DNA of 64,000 bases. Origin: an uncultured delta proteobacterium (GTDB lineage Bacteria > Desulfobacterota > Binatia > UBA9968). This document shows, one piece after another, positions 48,538 to 59,444 of this stretch. A program made the position numbers and the translations under genes. The notes beneath the pieces were generated by a model. The model made no database searches. It was not told where the DNA came from and saw nothing but the letters and a program-made list of their open reading frames with translations. Every line of letters begins with the position of its first letter. The first letter of the stretch is position 1. The stretch covers positions 800,001-864,000 of the forward strand of contig CAWFJP010000003.1 in the NCBI GenBank assembly GCA_963816145.1. Direction: 5' to 3'.

Positions 48538-49788
48538 CTAGCGCCGCGTGCGCACTAATTCAAGCGGAAACTTATTCAGACAATGCGGTCCGTCTTTTTC
48601 GATGGCAAAGAAATCGCCGACAAACAAACCCCGCGTATGGCTCTTATCGACGATATGCATCTGCAAGGTAAAGACATGGCCGACCTGGTAGACCAGCCTG
48701 CCATCGGCATCGAAAAGATAACGGTCCTCAGCGCTCTGCACCCGATCAAAGCCGATCTGCGGTTCGTGGCGCGGATTGGCGCCGAGCATGCCCTGGAGAA
48801 AGCCGCCGTAAAACTCGAATGGCGAATCTTTGACGAACTCCATGGCGGCAATCGAATCGTCGCTCGACTTGCCGGCGTAAAGCGTCGGCACCAGCCGCCG
48901 GTAGCCTTCGAGCGCGACCTCGAACATCGCTTTATACTCGGCGGTCGGCGCGCCGGTCAGCACCGGCCTGCCGCATTGGGCTTCGTAGCCGTTGTAAAAA
49001 ATCCCGAGCTCGTTATTGATGATATCCCGTTCGCCGATGACGCGATCCACCGGCCGCGGCCGTTGATCGTTGACATCGGGATCGAGCATGGAGCAGGAGC
49101 CGATTTGAATCATGCCCATCTCGCCACCGGCTTTGAGCACCGCCTCGTGGACGATGCCGAACACTTCGCCCTCGGTCATGCCCGGCTTCACCCGCTCCTG
49201 CATGGCGCGCAAGCCAGCGTCGCCGAACTCGGCTGATTTTTCCAAAAACTGAATTTCTTCGGCGCTCTTGAGCAACCGCATGGCGATGAACTCTTTGGTG
49301 ACGAAGACAAACTCCGCCTGGGGCAGATTGCCGGTGAAAAAATCCCAGTGGTTCTTTGGAATCGACGTGTAGGGATCGTATTCGACGATGCCAATGCGCC
49401 CTCTGTCATAACCGCGCTCTTTAATCTCGTTGACGATCGCGCCGAGCACGCTGGGTTTGCCGACGATGACATTGCGCACCGCCGTGCGTGCCAACATGCC
49501 GCCGGCCAAGGAATGGCCCGGCCGGGTCACCACCGCGGGGTCGCCGTCCTTGGGGAAAAAACAGTAATTCGCCATCTCCGCCTTGCCCATCATGTTGGTG
49601 ACGTAGCGGAAGTTGAACCACAGCCGTCCATAGGCCGCCGAGCCGCCAATGATCAACATGCAATCGAGCCGCTGCTCGCGCATCATCCTGCGAATATTCG
49701 TGTAGCGCCGCTCATACTCCGCCTTGGAAAAACGCGGGTACGGAAAGCGCCTTTGCATTTTTTCCAGCTCATCTTCGCCAAGCAGCAT
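48538..49788 (-). CDS. M24 (Xaa-Pro peptidase/creatinase) fold protein
   Basis: FS..EY.RR...IR..M, R..KS.EEI and PG.TE motifs; canonical metal ligands degenerate. Confidence 0.8.
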   Translation of the reverse strand: MLLGEDELEKMQRRFPYPRFSKAEYERRYTNIRRMMREQRLDCMLIIGGSAAYGRLWFNFRYVTNMMGKAEMANYCFFPKDGDPAVVTRPGHSLAGGMLARTAVRNVIVGKPSVLGAIVNEIKERGYDRGRIGIVEYDPYTSIPKNHWDFFTGNLPQAEFVFVTKEFIAMRLLKSAEEIQFLEKSAEFGDAGLRAMQERVKPGMTEGEVFGIVHEAVLKAGGEMGMIQIGSCSMLDPDVNDQRPRPVDRVIGERDIINNELGIFYNGYEAQCGRPVLTGAPTAEYKAMFEVALEGYRRLVPTLYAGKSSDDSIAAMEFVKDSPFEFYGGFLQGMLGANPRHEPQIGFDRVQSAEDRYLFDADGRLVYQVGHVFTLQMHIVDKSHTRGLFVGDFFAIEKDGPHCLNKFPLELVRTRR

Positions 49789-49924
49789 CGAAGCCTCCCA
49801 TTTAACGAACCGCGCCCAATATTTGCGTGGTTGCGGATCTTGTCCGACATCCTCCCCCTCGACGGGAGAGGATTGAGAGGTGAGGGTGCCTTTGAACACC
49901 CCTCATCCTAGCCTTCTCCCGCAA

Positions 49925-50056
49925 GAGGCTGTGTCGTATTGCGCAAATGCCCCACATTTGTCATCCCGAGCGCAGCGAGGGATCTCGTGTTTTCAGCCAC
50001 ATACGAAGAAGAGATTCCTCGGCTTCACCTCGAAATGACAGTTACGACACAGTCTC
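49925..50056 (+). mobile_element. 132-bp MITE-like element, copy 1
   Basis: GAGGCTGTGTCG...CGACACAGTCTC terminal inverted repeats; CAA flanking duplication; near-identical to copies at 60513 and 63290. Confidence 0.8.
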
Positions 50057-50151
50057 CAAGGGGAGAAGGAACGGGAATTGCCAATCACGAGTTTCACTGC
50101 GCGCCGCGAAATTCGCCGACAGCATCACCCACGGTCACGAACACCAGTTAT

Positions 50152-51156
50152 CTATTTCCCATCGCCGCCCAAGCGCCGGCACAAGCCGAGATCGATGACA
50201 TCATCACTTTTCAATGAAGCGGCCTTAGGATTGATACCCAGTTCAGCCATCAATTTTAGAATCGAGCGCACGCCCGCAGTGGTCGGGCAAATATTGCGCG
50301 GCAGCTCCTCGACCAACTGCGCATAGAACGGCTCGGCACGCTCCGGCGTGGCGATTCTCAACTGCTTGACCATGGTCTGCAGCACGCTCTTCTTATTCGT
50401 TGGATTGCGAATGAACTGCACCGCCTCCGCCGTCGCCCGGCCGACCCGTTCAATCATCAGCGGGTCGCTGCGCAGGATCTTGCGCGTCGTCACCATGCCG
50501 CTTGCCTGAAACGGGATGTTGAGCTGGCCCATGTCGACGAGAACCGTGAAACCTTGGCCTCCGATCTGTCTGGTCATTTCCGGCGCCAACAAAGTCGCCT
50601 GGGCGTTGCCGCTCTGCAAGGCGGCGACCCGCACCGGCTCCTCGCCGGTTAGCAACAAGGTAATGTTGTCCCGCTTGGCATTGAGGCCGAGATAGTCTAA
50701 CGCCACATGCGCGCCCAGGGATGCCAAACCGCCGGCGCTGGCGCCGATGGCAACTCTTTTGCCTTTTAGATCCTCCACCCGCTTGATGCTCGGATGCGCC
50801 ACCAGTTGATAACGCACGCTGTTCTGGTTGCCCATGAACATCACCAGATCGCCGCCGGCGGCCACCGCATTGGCGACATGGGTCGGCCCGATCAGGCCGA
50901 CATGCACTTCGCCGGCGAGCATCGCCTGTGCCGCCCGGCTGGCAATGATGAACACCGGTTCGAGATCGACGTTGTGTTTGGCGAACATTCCCTGCTCGCG
51001 CGCCACCCAAGTCGAAGTCATGTACGCGTTGATGGCGCCGTAGGCGAAGATGGCTTTGGACGCCATTTCCGCTGCGCCAGCAATTGCTGAACAGCAACTT
51101 GATAGCATCATAAATGCTACCAGCTGTCCGAAACGAAACTTCATCGACGTTTTCAT
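50152..51156 (-). CDS. NMT1/THI5-family substrate-binding protein
   Basis: WVARE.GMF.K..VD.E and DLKGK motifs. Confidence 0.85.
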   Translation of the reverse strand: MKTSMKFRFGQLVAFMMLSSCCSAIAGAAEMASKAIFAYGAINAYMTSTWVAREQGMFAKHNVDLEPVFIIASRAAQAMLAGEVHVGLIGPTHVANAVAAGGDLVMFMGNQNSVRYQLVAHPSIKRVEDLKGKRVAIGASAGGLASLGAHVALDYLGLNAKRDNITLLLTGEEPVRVAALQSGNAQATLLAPEMTRQIGGQGFTVLVDMGQLNIPFQASGMVTTRKILRSDPLMIERVGRATAEAVQFIRNPTNKKSVLQTMVKQLRIATPERAEPFYAQLVEELPRNICPTTAGVRSILKLMAELGINPKAASLKSDDVIDLGLCRRLGGDGK

Positions 51157-51239
51157 TGGGTTTTTTTCAATCCAACCCCCTCCTTCATCCTCCCCCGCGT
51201 CGCGGGGGAGGAAAGAGGTGGGGGCCACGTCCGAAACAG

Positions 51240-52352
51240 CTAATACATCCCATACAGCCGCGCGCAATTGTCCCAGAGAATCTTCCGCCGGCTGGCATCG
51301 CTGATGTCTTTGATCTCGAAAAACTCGTCGAGGGCGTGCGGGAAATGGGCGTCAATATGCGGATAGTCGGTGGAGATAAGAATCGTCCCGTCGCCGATCC
51401 GTTTGATCACGTCGGTCACCAGCTCCTCATCGGGGTCCATGGAAATGAAACACTGCTGCAAAAAATAATCGCTGGGCTTTTTCGACAGCGGCACATCGGC
51501 CAACGGCCCATGCAGCTTGGCCCGCTCGTCGAGCCGATAGAGCAGCCAAGGTAGCCAGGCGCAGTTGCCTTCGAGAAACGCCACCCGCAGCTTGGGAAAT
51601 TTCTCGAGCACGCCGCCGGCGCAGAAACAGGATATCGCTTGAATCAGCTCCACCGGATTGCGCAGCGCCAAGGCGACGATGCTGGCGTTGGGGTGGCCGA
51701 AAAATTTATTCGCCACCTGCTCCTGCTTGGGTCTTGCCGGCGGATGAAAGCATAGAGCGACGCCGAGTTTCTCGATCTCGGCCCACAGCGGATCGAAGTA
51801 GCGGTCATGAATGCGCTTGCCGTTGATCGGTTCCGGGCATAGCGACAGGGCGCGAATGCCGAGCTCATGGACCGCGCGCCGAACCTCGTCCACTGCCAGG
51901 TCGACGTCATGCAGCGTGATCAAAGCCGATGCTTTCAAACGCGCGGGATCTTCTTTGCAAAAGTCGGCGATCCAACTGTTCCACGCCTTGCACAAATCGT
52001 TGGCATACTCCGCTTCCAAAGTCTCGTCGCAATGCAGCGGCGAGGTGCGAAACAACACGGCAACATCCAATCCCTCGATATCCATGCCTTGGATTTGGGA
52101 AACCGGATCGTAGTCCCGCGCCACGGCGAAATCATAGCGATTGGCGACTTGCTGCTGGCCATGGTTGATCACGTCGGTGATCGCGCGCAGGGCCTGGCCG
52201 CCGCCGAGCTTGAATTCCACCCTGCCATGCTTGCCGTTGCGCTGCCCCTTGGGAATGCGCTCGCCCCATTTGGGGTTCATGTACTTGTCATAAAGATTCG
52301 CCGCGTCGTAAACATGCATGTCGCTGTCGAAAGTCTTGAAGCCATGTTTCAT
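51240..52352 (-). CDS. Amidohydrolase family 2 protein
   Basis: DSDMH, MD.EG.D.AVLF, GG.LE.FP.LR..FLE...W.P and STDYPH motifs. Confidence 0.9.
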   Translation of the reverse strand: MKHGFKTFDSDMHVYDAANLYDKYMNPKWGERIPKGQRNGKHGRVEFKLGGGQALRAITDVINHGQQQVANRYDFAVARDYDPVSQIQGMDIEGLDVAVLFRTSPLHCDETLEAEYANDLCKAWNSWIADFCKEDPARLKASALITLHDVDLAVDEVRRAVHELGIRALSLCPEPINGKRIHDRYFDPLWAEIEKLGVALCFHPPARPKQEQVANKFFGHPNASIVALALRNPVELIQAISCFCAGGVLEKFPKLRVAFLEGNCAWLPWLLYRLDERAKLHGPLADVPLSKKPSDYFLQQCFISMDPDEELVTDVIKRIGDGTILISTDYPHIDAHFPHALDEFFEIKDISDASRRKILWDNCARLYGMY

Positions 52353-52433
52353 AAAGCACCTCTGAAACGCATTGGGTCCGAAACCCTTGGAACGATTGGA
52401 ACTCCTGGAACCTTTGGAACTGAATTTCGAAAG

Positions 52434-53456
52434 TTATTTTTTTGGCAGCAACAACTCCGCCAGTTTCTTCAATACCGGCGGTGAAATATTTTTGAACCCT
52501 GCGATCGTCGTAGCCAACTCCTCGCCGGAAATCGGATCGACTTCCTGCTGCGCGGTCTTCGCGTCGGCCAGAAAGGCCGGGTCTCTGAGCGTCGCCTGCA
52601 CGCCATTGCGCAAGGTTTGCACTTTGTCTTTGGGAGTTCCCGGCGGGGCCGAATAAGCCAGAGTGATCGCGTTAAGATCATGGATGCCCACTTCGATCAG
52701 CTGCTTGGCTTCGTCTGTCTTAGCAAAACTGATCGCCAACGGCACATGGGTCAATTCGGGAATCGACTTGCGGTTGGCCTGCAACACCACATGGACATCG
52801 CCGGCCTCGTACTGGCGCCGCCAGCTGCTCTTCAACCCTTGCCAGCTGGTGCATTGACCGGCCAGCTCGCCGGCTTCCGCAGCCATGGTGATATCCGCCG
52901 TGCCTTTGTAGCCTTGAACCAGCTGGATCGGCAGGTTGAGAGCGGTTTTGAGAATCGTCGAAATGTCATCGGGCCGCGTGCCCGGCACTTGCCCGCCCAT
53001 CTTGAGCGGTGTTTTCGCTGTCTGCCATTTCTCCATGCTGTTGATGCCGCTCGCTTTGGTAAACGCGCACAGCATCGTCTGCTGCACCGGCACGCCGATC
53101 CATTCGAACTTGAGCGGATCGAATTCCAGGCCTGTGCCGCCGAGCATTTTTTGCAGCGTCAAGCTGCCCACCCACACGCCGATGGTCAAACCGTCGGGCT
53201 TGCTGCGATTGTAAAGATGATTGGCGGCGATCACCGTGCCCGCGCCCGGCATGTTCTGCACCACGATGATCGGATTGCCCGGGATATTGCGGCCAAGATG
53301 GCGCGCCACGATGCGCGTCATGGTATCGAAACCGCCGCCGGGAGGCGCGCCGACGAGAAATGTTACGGTCTTGCCACGATAGTAAGACTCCTGGGCGCCG
53401 GCCGTCGACACGATCAACAACAGAATCCCAAGACTGATCCAACGCATGACCACCAT
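52434..53456 (-). CDS. Bug/TctC substrate-binding protein
   Basis: Y.GK...VG..PGGG.D, NMPGAG and PDGLT motifs. Confidence 0.9.
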   Translation of the reverse strand: MVVMRWISLGILLLIVSTAGAQESYYRGKTVTFLVGAPPGGGFDTMTRIVARHLGRNIPGNPIIVVQNMPGAGTVIAANHLYNRSKPDGLTIGVWVGSLTLQKMLGGTGLEFDPLKFEWIGVPVQQTMLCAFTKASGINSMEKWQTAKTPLKMGGQVPGTRPDDISTILKTALNLPIQLVQGYKGTADITMAAEAGELAGQCTSWQGLKSSWRRQYEAGDVHVVLQANRKSIPELTHVPLAISFAKTDEAKQLIEVGIHDLNAITLAYSAPPGTPKDKVQTLRNGVQATLRDPAFLADAKTAQQEVDPISGEELATTIAGFKNISPPVLKKLAELLLPKK

Positions 53457-53475
53457 TCATACCTCCGCGGTTGGG

Positions 53476-54456
53476 CTATGATTTCGGCTTGATCCCCATC
53501 TCTTTCTGCACTTCACGAATAAAACTGAAGTCGGCAACCTCGCTCAGCGCCACCGGGCGTTCAATCTTCATCGCTTCACGGCCCTGGTCGACGACCAGCT
53601 TCAGGCCACTTTCCGAAATGCTGCCGTCTTCGCTGAAGATCTTCCAGGTCGAATCGTAGGTCGCCGCCGCGCTTTCGCGATCGACCTTGATCCAGTCCAT
53701 CATGGTCTGAATCGTGCCTTCGCGATTGGCACGGACAAATCGGTTAGCCTTGAGCATGGCCCGGATCATTCGTTTCACTTCGTCGGGCTTCTCCTTGAGC
53801 TTTTTCAAGTTCGCGCCTATTCCGGTGAACGGCAGCTTGTACAGTTCATAAAAGCGCGACAACACACGGAAGCCGTTGCGCTGGGCGTCGGTATCGGTCG
53901 GCGGCGACAACACCGCGACGTCGACGATGCCCTCTTTCAAAGCCGCGTAACGGCCGCGCTCGGCGCCGAGCTGAATGATTTTCAATTCCTTTTCCGGATC
54001 GACGCCGCCATGTTTCATCATCATGCGTGCCGCCACGTCCGAGGTCGCGCCGTAATTGCTCACCGCCAGAGTCTTGCCTTTCAAGTCACGGATGGTTTTG
54101 TACTCGGGCCGGGCGATCAGCAAATGGGTCGAGCTGTCCATGAAGCTCGCCACCACTCGCATCGGCATGCCGCGCAGCGCGCCGCGCACTACCGACGCGA
54201 AAACCATGGTGTAATCGATATCGCCGGTGCTGAGCGCCGTGATCGACACGTTGGCGTTCATGCGAATCAATTCGAGATCCAAGCCTTCGTCACGAAACAT
54301 GCCGCGCTTGAGCGCCACGCCGGCGGTAAGAAACGACACATCGACCGCCGAGATCGACATGCGCACCTTGTCGGCGGCTGAAACAATGTTACCCACCAAC
54401 AAAAGACCTAAAATCACCACCACCCATATTTGGGTTAGAGTCCGCTTACTCCTCAC
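53476..54456 (-). CDS. NMT1/THI5-family substrate-binding protein
   Basis: A..RG.F.DEGLD and DLKGK motifs; close paralog of 61693-62661. Confidence 0.88.
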   Translation of the reverse strand: MRSKRTLTQIWVVVILGLLLVGNIVSAADKVRMSISAVDVSFLTAGVALKRGMFRDEGLDLELIRMNANVSITALSTGDIDYTMVFASVVRGALRGMPMRVVASFMDSSTHLLIARPEYKTIRDLKGKTLAVSNYGATSDVAARMMMKHGGVDPEKELKIIQLGAERGRYAALKEGIVDVAVLSPPTDTDAQRNGFRVLSRFYELYKLPFTGIGANLKKLKEKPDEVKRMIRAMLKANRFVRANREGTIQTMMDWIKVDRESAAATYDSTWKIFSEDGSISESGLKLVVDQGREAMKIERPVALSEVADFSFIREVQKEMGIKPKS

Positions 54457-54466
54457 TACTTGCTCC

Positions 54467-55486
54467 TTACTTAACTTCTCGCTGAACCTGCCGCAGCAAC
54501 GAATAATCGACGATATCTCTCATGTTAATATCCTTCTTAACGCCGGTCTCGAGCTTGGTCTGTTCCAACAAGTCCTTCAACACCGCATCGCTCACCGTGC
54601 CGTCATCGCTCAATGTTTGCAGCACGATGCGATGCGTCGCTTCCGCGGTGGCGGGGTCGAGGCTGAACCTGCGGCCGATGAACTCCACCACATCCTTTTT
54701 GTCTTCCTTGACCGCTTTCAGCGATCGGAGAAAGCCGCGCAGCATCTTTTTGATCTGTTCCGGATTGCGCTCGACTCGCTCTCTCGATGTGGCGATGCCG
54801 GTCAATGGCTGGGACAGCACCTTGCCGGTGAAGATCAGTTCCTTGAAGCCCTTTGGCGTCAGGCGAAAATTCCATGGCACCGGCATGATCGCGGCTTCCA
54901 CCGAACCCGCTTCCAACGCCGCCATGCGGATGGAGGCGGCGCCGATGACGATCAACGTCACGTCTTTGTCAGGGTCGACCCCCAAGGCGCGCAACGACGC
55001 CCGGGTCGCCAGCGCGCCGGTGCCGCTCAGCGACGCCACCGCGACTTTCTTGCCCTTCAGGTCCTGCCCGGACTGTACGTTCGGATTGCCCATCAAGTAA
55101 AACAGCAAGCTTTTGAAATCATGGGACACCACTTTCATCGGTAAACCGCGCACCGCCGCGGTAATCGCCGTCCCCGCGCCGTACATGAAGTCGACGTCCT
55201 TGCCGCCGACAATCGAACTCACCGCCAGTTCGCCGCGCAGAACGCGAAATTGCAAATCGATGCCCTCGCGCCGGTAGAAGCCCTTTTCGATGCCGTAAAT
55301 CAGCGGCGTGATGCTGATGCTTTCACTCGAATGGGTGATCAGCAGCTTTTCCGCAACCTGCGCAGACACTGGCGAGACCAAACCACAGACCAAGAGAAAG
55401 GCACAGCCGAAAACAAACGTTCTGAATTTCACGTCGAACCATCGCCTGCGATCAAAAAAAGCCAAATTTGACAAGGGTAACTCCAT
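54467..55486 (-). CDS. NMT1/THI5-family substrate-binding protein (start uncertain)
   Basis: EKGFY..EG.D and DLKGKK motifs. Confidence 0.85.
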   Translation of the reverse strand: MELPLSNLAFFDRRRWFDVKFRTFVFGCAFLLVCGLVSPVSAQVAEKLLITHSSESISITPLIYGIEKGFYRREGIDLQFRVLRGELAVSSIVGGKDVDFMYGAGTAITAAVRGLPMKVVSHDFKSLLFYLMGNPNVQSGQDLKGKKVAVASLSGTGALATRASLRALGVDPDKDVTLIVIGAASIRMAALEAGSVEAAIMPVPWNFRLTPKGFKELIFTGKVLSQPLTGIATSRERVERNPEQIKKMLRGFLRSLKAVKEDKKDVVEFIGRRFSLDPATAEATHRIVLQTLSDDGTVSDAVLKDLLEQTKLETGVKKDINMRDIVDYSLLRQVQREVK

Positions 55487-55564
55487 CGGTTAACTAACAG
55501 CGAAGCATCAACTAGATTGAAATAGCAGAATCGAACGGTCGCGCCAACCAACCGAGAGGTGTTT

Positions 55565-56617
55565 ATGAGCGGAGTCATGCCGAATCTCGCAGAACTCGAT
55601 CGCAGGCTAGCGGAAAAATGGATTTCCGGCATTTGGCGTATCCCCGCCGGCGCCCGGCCGGGCGATCCAAAAACCAAAATCCAACCGCATCTGTGGAAAT
55701 GGGCCGACATCTACGACGGTCTGGTGCAAGCGCGCGATCAGATCAAACTCGAGCGCGGTCAAGCCGAACGGCGCACACTGCGGCTCGTCAATCCCGGCGC
55801 CCAAGAGATCGAGATGACCAGTCACACCCTGCTGTTCGCCTTTCAGATGATCCAGCCCGGCGAAGTGGCGCCGCCCCATCGCCATACCATGTCGGCGATC
55901 CGTTTCATCCTCCAAGGCAAAGGCGCCTACACCAATGTCGACAATCAGAAGATGGTGATGGAAGACGGGGATCTGATTCTGACGCCGCGCTGGGCCTGGC
56001 ATGAACATGCCCATGAAGGCACCGAGCCGATGATCTGGATCGACGGTCTCGACGTGCCGTTCATCCAATCGCTGCAAGTGGTTTCCTTCGAGCCGTTTCC
56101 GGAAAAGCGCATGCCGCTGGAAGCGCCGCGTTACGACTCGAGCGCCTACGGCATGGCGCGGCCGGTGATCAGCGAAGCGGAGAAACCAATGGCGCCATTG
56201 CACTATCGCTGGAAAGACATTTATCCGGCGCTCAAGAAACTCGCCGAAGGGGACCCGAATCCGTACGAAGGTTACGCGATGGAATACGTCAACCCGCTCA
56301 CGGGCGGCCCGACACTGCCGACGCTCTCCTGCTGGATTCAACTGCTCAAACCCGGCCAGCGCACACAATCGCACCGCCACACCAGCACCGTGCTCTACCA
56401 CGCCTTCCGCGGCCGCGGCACAACGGTGATCAACGGGCAGAAATTCGACTGGGAGCAAGGCGACAACTTCGTCGTGCCGCTCTGGCACTGGCATGAACAT
56501 GCCAACACTTCGGCATCGGACGACGCGATCCTCTTCTCGATGAACGACGCGCCGGTATTGAAACCCTTCGGGTTATACCGTGAGGAAGGCCCGGGAAAGC
56601 CGCAAATGGGGCTCTAG
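55565..56617 (+). CDS. gtdA: Gentisate 1,2-dioxygenase-family bicupin
   Basis: P.LWKW, AERR.L.L.NPG, PGE.AP.HRH..SAIRF, WHEH and EYVNP.TGG motifs. Confidence 0.8.
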   Translation: MSGVMPNLAELDRRLAEKWISGIWRIPAGARPGDPKTKIQPHLWKWADIYDGLVQARDQIKLERGQAERRTLRLVNPGAQEIEMTSHTLLFAFQMIQPGEVAPPHRHTMSAIRFILQGKGAYTNVDNQKMVMEDGDLILTPRWAWHEHAHEGTEPMIWIDGLDVPFIQSLQVVSFEPFPEKRMPLEAPRYDSSAYGMARPVISEAEKPMAPLHYRWKDIYPALKKLAEGDPNPYEGYAMEYVNPLTGGPTLPTLSCWIQLLKPGQRTQSHRHTSTVLYHAFRGRGTTVINGQKFDWEQGDNFVVPLWHWHEHANTSASDDAILFSMNDAPVLKPFGLYREEGPGKPQMGL

Positions 56618-56640
56618 CGCGAAAAACGGATACGATGTCT

Positions 56641-56719
56641 CACCACGAAGGCACGAAGGACACGAAGGTTTCGGAAAATAGTATATCCGTTCTTCGTGCT
56701 CTTCGTGTCCTTCGTGGTG
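56641..56719. repeat. CACCACGAAGGCACGAAGGACACGAAG...CTTCGTGTCCTTCGTGGTG palindrome
   Basis: Inverted 9-mer arms; similar element at 57724-57800. Confidence 0.8.
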
Positions 56720-56739
56720 AAAATGAATTTCTCTGCTAA

Positions 56740-57703
56740 TTAAAGATCCAGCGTGTTCGCTGCAAACAGTTCTTCCACGCGGAACCCGCTTCTCCGCCAA
56801 TCCCTGTTCGTACAGATACCCCATCAGCGTCTCGACCACGTGGCGGTTTTTCTCGAAGCCGTAGGGCCAGGGATCGTCGCCGAGGATCTGCTGCTGCTCC
56901 GAAACCGGCTCACGAAACCACGCCAGACTGATTTTGTACGGCGACAAATCATTCAAGCGCGCATAGGCATCCTCCTTGGCGCGCTGAAAGGCCTTGTACA
57001 AGCTGCGCGCTATCCACGGATGAGCTTCCCAGACATCCTGCCTGAGCGCGATGGCATGCATAATCGGAAAGATGCCGGTCTTCTTGAAATACGCCGCTTC
57101 GACTTTCGGCGCGTCTTCGAACAACCGACGCACATGGGGTGGCGGATTGAACAACGACGGAAACAGACTCGGCACCATGATCGCGTCGAGTTCGCCGTTG
57201 AACAGCATCTGATCGGGCTTCTGGTCCGGCCTCAACTGCGTCACCTTGTAGCGCTTCGGCAATTCCAGCTCCATGCGCGAGCGCGGCGTCCAGGTGAACC
57301 ACTCGATCTGGTCGAGATCGACGCCATATTCATGCTGCAGCATACCGCGCATCCATACCGTCGCGGTCTGTTGAAACTCGCCCAAGCCCATGCGCTTGCC
57401 CATGAGATCTTTGGGATCGCGAATCCCGCTCTTGGTGTTGATGAATATGTACGAATGGCGAAACGCCCGCGCCGGAAACACCGGGATCGCCGTCAGCGAT
57501 TTGCCCAGGGTCCGGGCGATGGCGTACGACGCCAGGGAAATCTCCGAGGCATCGAAGTCATAGTAATTGAGCATGCGAATCCAGATTTCCAAATGCGGCA
57601 GGGTCAGCCAGTTAAGCTCGATGCCCTCCGGCCGGATGGAACCATCGATCAACGGATGCGTCCGGTCGTAATCCCCGCAGGCGAGGGTGAGTTGTAGTGC
57701 CAT
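56740..57703 (-). CDS. 4,5-dihydroxyphthalate decarboxylase-like protein, +1 frameshift near 56780 close to the C-terminus
   Basis: LTLACGDYDRT..L.DG, PVFP.R.FRHS and TGIFPIMH motifs; natural VEELFAANTLDL* tail in the shifted frame. Confidence 0.8.
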
Positions 57704-57862
57704 TGATGATTCCTTTTTGTTTCACCACGAAGGCACGAAGGACATGAAGGTTTCGGAAACTATTTTGTTTGAACTTCGTGCTCCTCGTGCCTTCGTGGTG
57801 GCCGTAACCGATTTTTTTTGCGCTCTTTGCGCTTTTTGCGGTTAACTTTCTTATTCCGAATC

Positions 57863-59284
57863 TTACGACAGCTTGTTAGGCCATTTTGCTAGAATGCGGT
57901 CGCGCAACTCCTTGCTCGAACGCGACACCGGCGGAAAACTATCCTTCCACTCATAGGGCCGCGTCGCATCGATGATCGCCCGAGAGTTAAAGCCCTTGGC
58001 GTCCTTATGAATGATCGGGTCGAGCGGACCGCTCCAACAGCGGCGCAGGATCTCGATATCCTGGGACGGATCGGAGCGCGTGCACACCGCCCAGAGAACT
58101 TCGTTCAGATTGGTCGGATCGATATCGTCATCGACGACGATGGTGTAGCGCCCCAAATAAGCCGCGGCATGGCATTCCGTGGCGATCAAGCCGGCTTGGC
58201 GCGCATGGCCTGGATAGCGCTGCTTGATCGCGACGACAAGAAATAGATAGGCCGCCCCGGCTGCCTCGTGGTACCAGACGCCGCGCACGTCCGGCACGCC
58301 GGCGGCTTCGAGATCGTCCCACACCAGCGCCGCCTTGAGCGGCGCGCGCCACTTGCGCGTGTAGCCTAGCAGGATCGGTTCATTGCGATGGGCCACTTGG
58401 TGGATTTTTACGATCGGCTCGGGGCGCGACGAGCTGCCGTAGTAGCCGGTCCACTCGCCGAACGGTCCTTCGATCTTTTCCGGACCCGGCACGCACTCCC
58501 CTTCGAGAACGATTTCCGCCGTCGCCGGAATCGGCAGGCCGGTGAACTCGCCTTTGATGACATCGACCGGCTCGCCCTGAATCCCGCCGATGAAATCGTA
58601 TTCACACACGCCATAGGGAACTTCCAACGCGCCGGCGAGAAAGATCAACGGATCATGGCCCACGGAAATCGCCACTTTGAACGGCTCGCCGCGGGCAAAC
58701 GCCTTGTCGCGATGAATCCGTCCATGGCGCCCCGGCGCGATGTAAAAGCCCACGGTATTTTCGTCGTGGATCATCACCCGCGCCGTGCCGAGATTGGTCC
58801 AGCCCTCTTCCGGATCGTGAGTAATGTTGACGCTGCCCGTGCCGATATACCGGCCGCCGTCCAACTCGAACCAGCGCGGCGTCGGGAACTTGAGAATATT
58901 CACATCCTCGCCGCGCTGAATATTTTCCAACACCGGCCCATCACGAACCATTCGCGGCGGAATGTGCTTCAAGTCCTTCGAGCGCCGGCGCCACTCCGAT
59001 ACGAAATCCATGGCGCTGAGATTTTGCGGCATCCCGAGGCTCAGCGCCAACCGCTTGGTCGAACCCAACGAGTTGACCAGCACACGATAGCCCTCCGGAT
59101 ACCCTTTGACGGAATCGAACATGACGGCCGGCGAACTGCCGCGCTCGTTGACGATGTCCGCCACCCCGCCGATCTCCAGATCCCAATCCGCGCCGTCGAT
59201 TCTTCGGATTTCGCCGAGCTTTTCGGCTTCGTTTAACCAACTTCTTAACCCGTCTGGTTGCTTCATAACTTCAATATCCTGCAC
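57863..59284 (-). CDS. UbiD family (prFMN-dependent) decarboxylase
   Basis: P.P.....DGG.Y, EGPFGEWTGYY and VVDDDIDP motifs. Confidence 0.92.
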   Translation of the reverse strand: MQDIEVMKQPDGLRSWLNEAEKLGEIRRIDGADWDLEIGGVADIVNERGSSPAVMFDSVKGYPEGYRVLVNSLGSTKRLALSLGMPQNLSAMDFVSEWRRRSKDLKHIPPRMVRDGPVLENIQRGEDVNILKFPTPRWFELDGGRYIGTGSVNITHDPEEGWTNLGTARVMIHDENTVGFYIAPGRHGRIHRDKAFARGEPFKVAISVGHDPLIFLAGALEVPYGVCEYDFIGGIQGEPVDVIKGEFTGLPIPATAEIVLEGECVPGPEKIEGPFGEWTGYYGSSSRPEPIVKIHQVAHRNEPILLGYTRKWRAPLKAALVWDDLEAAGVPDVRGVWYHEAAGAAYLFLVVAIKQRYPGHARQAGLIATECHAAAYLGRYTIVVDDDIDPTNLNEVLWAVCTRSDPSQDIEILRRCWSGPLDPIIHKDAKGFNSRAIIDATRPYEWKDSFPPVSRSSKELRDRILAKWPNKLS

Positions 59285-59444
59285 TCGTTCAAACCGTTCA
59301 ATCGCTGCGCTCCGTTCAAGCCGTTCAAACCGATTTCGGAGGTCTCAACCGTTGGAACCTCCGTGTCTCTTTCCTCCCCCGCATTCGCGGGGGAGGATAA
59401 AGGTGGGGGTTGAACGGCTTGAACGGCTGGAACGGTTTGAACGG

